From Amoeboaphelidium protococcarum X5 (taxonomy: Eukaryota; Fungi; Aphelidiomycota), in the NCBI GenBank assembly GCA_023515725.1, contig JALDTO010000237.1, positions 506,207-570,206 on the forward strand: DNA of 64,000 nt, given 5' to 3'. The notes below the pieces were generated by a model. It worked only from the letters and a program-made list of their open reading frames with translations, made no database searches and was not told the origin of the DNA. Positions 60,889-64,000 of this stretch are shown in pieces (within the stretch, counting starts at the first letter, position 1; each line of letters begins with the position of its first letter). Both the position numbers and the translations under genes were made by a program.

Positions 60889-62676
60889 ATGGAAAAGCTT
60901 AGCAAAGATATGGAAAATGTCTATAAGGATGCCAGTGGTAACAGTAATCGTCTTAGAGTGATTTATAGAAGCGAATCCAGCGATGATCTGATCGAAGCGC
61001 GTCAATACGATAAGCCTCAGCTTCGGATTGACACGTCTATTACAAGCTCCGGCAGTCATGTCGATCATTAAAAGTAGTAGCAATAATAATTAGACAGTGC
61101 TGGTCGATAACAGATTCATAGGCCATACAAGTTTAGTGAAAAAGTTTTACAGCGAATAGCTAAACTTGTCTACTTTGTAACTGGCATTGATTTATTCACG
61201 CGTTGGCTTTCTTAACGCGATATTGATATAGTTGATGTTGATGATAATGATGAATCTGCTAACATGGTTTATTCTGTACAATATGACGATTATGGGCGTT
61301 AGTTGGTTGAAATCAATGATAAGAGTCAATAGAGGAATGTCTTATCGTAGTCTGTTGAGTTGAAACCGAGTAGAAATCGATTGTCTGACGCAGCACCTTA
61401 ATGGATTGACATTCGAGAGTTATAAGAGAATCCATCGAGATATAAATTGAAGCATTTTTTAGATCTTTAAGGTAATTAGAATACAGATGAGCTGACGTTA
61501 GTTGTGAAAGAAGTGAAGCGATTACAAAAATCTATATCTGCAAAAGAGTTAAGAAAATACCGATTAAAGTGCCTTCTCGGTTGGGGTGGGAATGGTATTG
61601 TATTAGAGGCCATCACGCGAGATACTAAGGAGCACGTTGCGATAAAATGTCTGCCAAAAGTTAATTTTATTGATCCCTCGTCTACAGTGTTTGATGAGCA
61701 TTACAATCGTCTCGTGCCTATGGAACTTCATATCTTGAGAGTTCTTCAGCCAGTATCTGGCGTTGTAAAGCTGATAGATTGGTATGAAGGACCGGATTAC
61801 TTTTTTGTGGTGATGGAAAGAGTCGCGTCTTTTGCATATTCTATATCCCAGTCCCCATTATCTCCTCAGTCTAATATGATTATGAAGAGCTCAAAGATTA
61901 GTAACAGTAATGCTCCCGCTGTTTATTATAGACCGAAAATAGTAACCCCCAACAGTAGCTCAGCTCTAAGCTCACGGTCGTCGTCCATATAATCTAATCT
62001 GTTCATCAAAAAACCTCTGCGTAACGATCAAGGCTCCTTGTATCACTTTATTTAGACTCAGAGTCACGTAGCATTTTAGCCTGCAGTCTATAAGAATATT
62101 TTTCGGTAGCTGATTGATATATTTTCCGCGATAAATCTGCTTAATATTGCTTATCTGGACTTCAAACTCGAAAACGTCCTCATCATCGAACACGCACCTG
62201 TTCATCCCAAATCTGGAAAATTGCAAACTGTTGGTAGATTGTTTGAGTGGTCAAATCGTAGAAATAACGTACAAATCACCGATACCCAAGCTAACCAGTA
62301 TGTAGTAAAATTGGTTGATTTTGGAATGGCTCGATATCTCGAACCCGGCTCCAAATTTTACCGATACGGCACGTCATTTATGGCTAGCCCAGAGGTTTTA
62401 TCTGGCAAAGGATATTATGGTCCGGAAGCGGATATATGGGCTCTCGGATTGATCTTATATTCTATGGCTACTGGAGGAAGGCATTATTAACTATCTGCCA
62501 TTCATGATAGTCGCGAGCCTGGTGTATAGTCGAGTTAATCAAATATCAATATTAGTCAAGAGTTTCGAGAATTTGATGATCACGCAACTGGACTGGTTCT
62601 TCGACGAATGCTGCACTCCGATCAAAATAAACGCGCGTAAATTAGTGAAGTTCTATCTTTGATTAAAGACTGGTGA
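60889..62676 (+). CDS. Ser/Thr protein kinase, PIM/PASK-like CAMK group (595 aa)
   Basis: LGWGGNGIV, VAIK, VPMELHIL, IAYLDFKLEN, LVDFG and ASPEVLSGKGYYGPEADIWALG. Confidence 0.9.
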
Positions 62677-62825
62677 TGGAATGGTAGCTATTGCTTAAAA
62701 CAATTCTGAAATGTATGATAGTGCTGTAATCTTTGTGACTGCTGAAATTCTCAGAAAGAAGAATGAAAAATGGCTCATGATTAAAAATTATATTGCAGAA
62801 TGAAAGATCAATGGTATGAGTTGGT

Positions 62826-63365
62826 TCAGTTACACTTTCCAAATTGCCTGTTACAACCTTGGTCACAATGAGCTGGTGAGAAGCCACAGTAACCATACGA
62901 GCTGCAGCATGCTCCAGGTGGACATACAAGTGTGGTGCCATCACCTTGTCGCCCGCAGCGACCATCAACAGATTGCTGCACATTACTCAAGCAATTGCCA
63001 TTTGAGTAAGGAGGATTGCAACCCAGTCCGCAGTATTCTACAGCTGAGCCGCAGTAGCCACTCTAGCTGCAACAGTTGCCAGAAGGACACCTGAATTCCA
63101 AACCATCAGGCAATCTCCCGCAGCGGCCATCAGTAGAAATAGGAGCAGAGGAGTTGCCAGGAAACTGACAGACATTGTTGGACCATTAGTTTTGGCACCC
63201 GGTCCCACAGTAGGCATCACCTTGCCCACAATAACCATACTAGCTGCAACACAGACCAGATGCACAAGATACTCCATTCCCACAAGCACCGGGACCTGAT
63301 GATTGAGCCTAAGTAAATGAGTAAGCGACAACAGCGAGACAGATTATAACTTTAGTAGATAACAT
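62826..63365 (-). CDS. Secreted lectin with three CBM18 (hevein) chitin-binding modules (179 aa)
   Basis: Signal peptide, then CCS[Q]YGYCG, CCS[Q]SGYCG and CCSSYGYCG. No catalytic domain. Confidence 0.93.
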
Positions 63366-63677
63366 TTCTTCGAATACGTTTAGTTTACAAATATGAAATT
63401 TAGATAGAAAGAGATCAGAACTTACAATTCAGCGATTATCGTTAATTCATATTTATTATTGTTGTTTCAACAACGGTGCGTGGTGATGGGACGCGTCAAA
63501 GTGAAACGCGCTTTGTTTTGGATGTAGATCCATCGGCCATTGTTTCACTTTTCAACCCATACAGATGTTGTGCTGAAACTGTAAAATATTTCTGTTAGCA
63601 TTGGAAAATAAAAGCCATAATACAAACAACTGATTTCTAAAATTGCATTTATAGATTCCCACTCATTCATCATTTCT

Positions 63678-64000
63678 TCACTTGCAGACGCCGAATGCCT
63701 TCTGACATCCGCTCTCAGCACAGCAGAATTCATCTGTGAAGCCACAGTAGCCGTGAGGACTACAACACGCGCCCTGCGGACAGTGCAGCTTAGAGCCGTC
63801 AGACTGAAGACCACAGCGACCATCAGTGGAGATTGGCAATTTCACGTCATTCTTGCTGCACAGACCATTAGACAGATCATTCTTACAGCCTAAGCCACAA
63901 TACTGATCACCGGTGCCACAGAATCCATAGTTGGAGCAACAAAGGCCTTGAGGACATGGCTTACCAGCGCCACACGAGCCAACAGCATCGGTGCTAGTTG
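63678..64000 (-). CDS. Partial CBM18-repeat protein (5' end lies outside the window)
   Basis: CCSNYGFCG and CCSPHGYCG modules with an ISTDGRCG linker, ending at TGA 63678-63680. Confidence 0.9.
   Translation of the reverse strand, partial: TSTDAVGSCGAGKPCPQGLCCSNYGFCGTGDQYCGLGCKNDLSNGLCSKNDVKLPISTDGRCGLQSDGSKLHCPQGACCSPHGYCGFTDEFCCAESGCQKAFGVCK

Overview
Gene-dense eukaryotic (early-diverging fungal/aphelid-like) genomic DNA. TAA and TAG are read as Gln and TGA is the only stop (translation table 6). In-frame TAA/TAG fall on conserved Gln positions of many housekeeping proteins (HMG-CoA lyase RDGLQNE, CYP51 AGQHTS, PCC-alpha EAMKMQN, ACLY KPDQLIKRRGK, SDH5 LYQSRKRG, hevein CCSQ). The supplied standard-code ORF track is therefore fragmented, and I re-translated the window by hand with TAR=Gln. 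This code plus fungal-type genes fits the aphelid Amoeboaphelidium protococcarum (inference). About 30 protein-coding genes were reconstructed, with short introns that end almost invariably in GTAG. The region ~3-16.5 kb is accessory. It holds a LINE endonuclease relic, a papain-like pseudogene and an intact PD-(D/E)xK-like ORF, all bracketed by a 275-bp direct repeat of the MscL 3' end. It also holds the top finding: an intact ~743-aa Fanzor2/TnpB-family RNA-guided nuclease ORF (16201..13970, minus strand) with a complete RuvC D-E-D triad, a poly-Lys NLS and about 30 in-frame TAA/TAG codons that hide it from standard-code searches. Other notable items are tandem choice-of-anchor-A adhesin-like genes with a homogenised central tract, a Kv channel next to an NCS/KChIP-like gene, and a CBM18 lectin cluster. 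All family assignments are from motif recognition by eye; no database searches were run.
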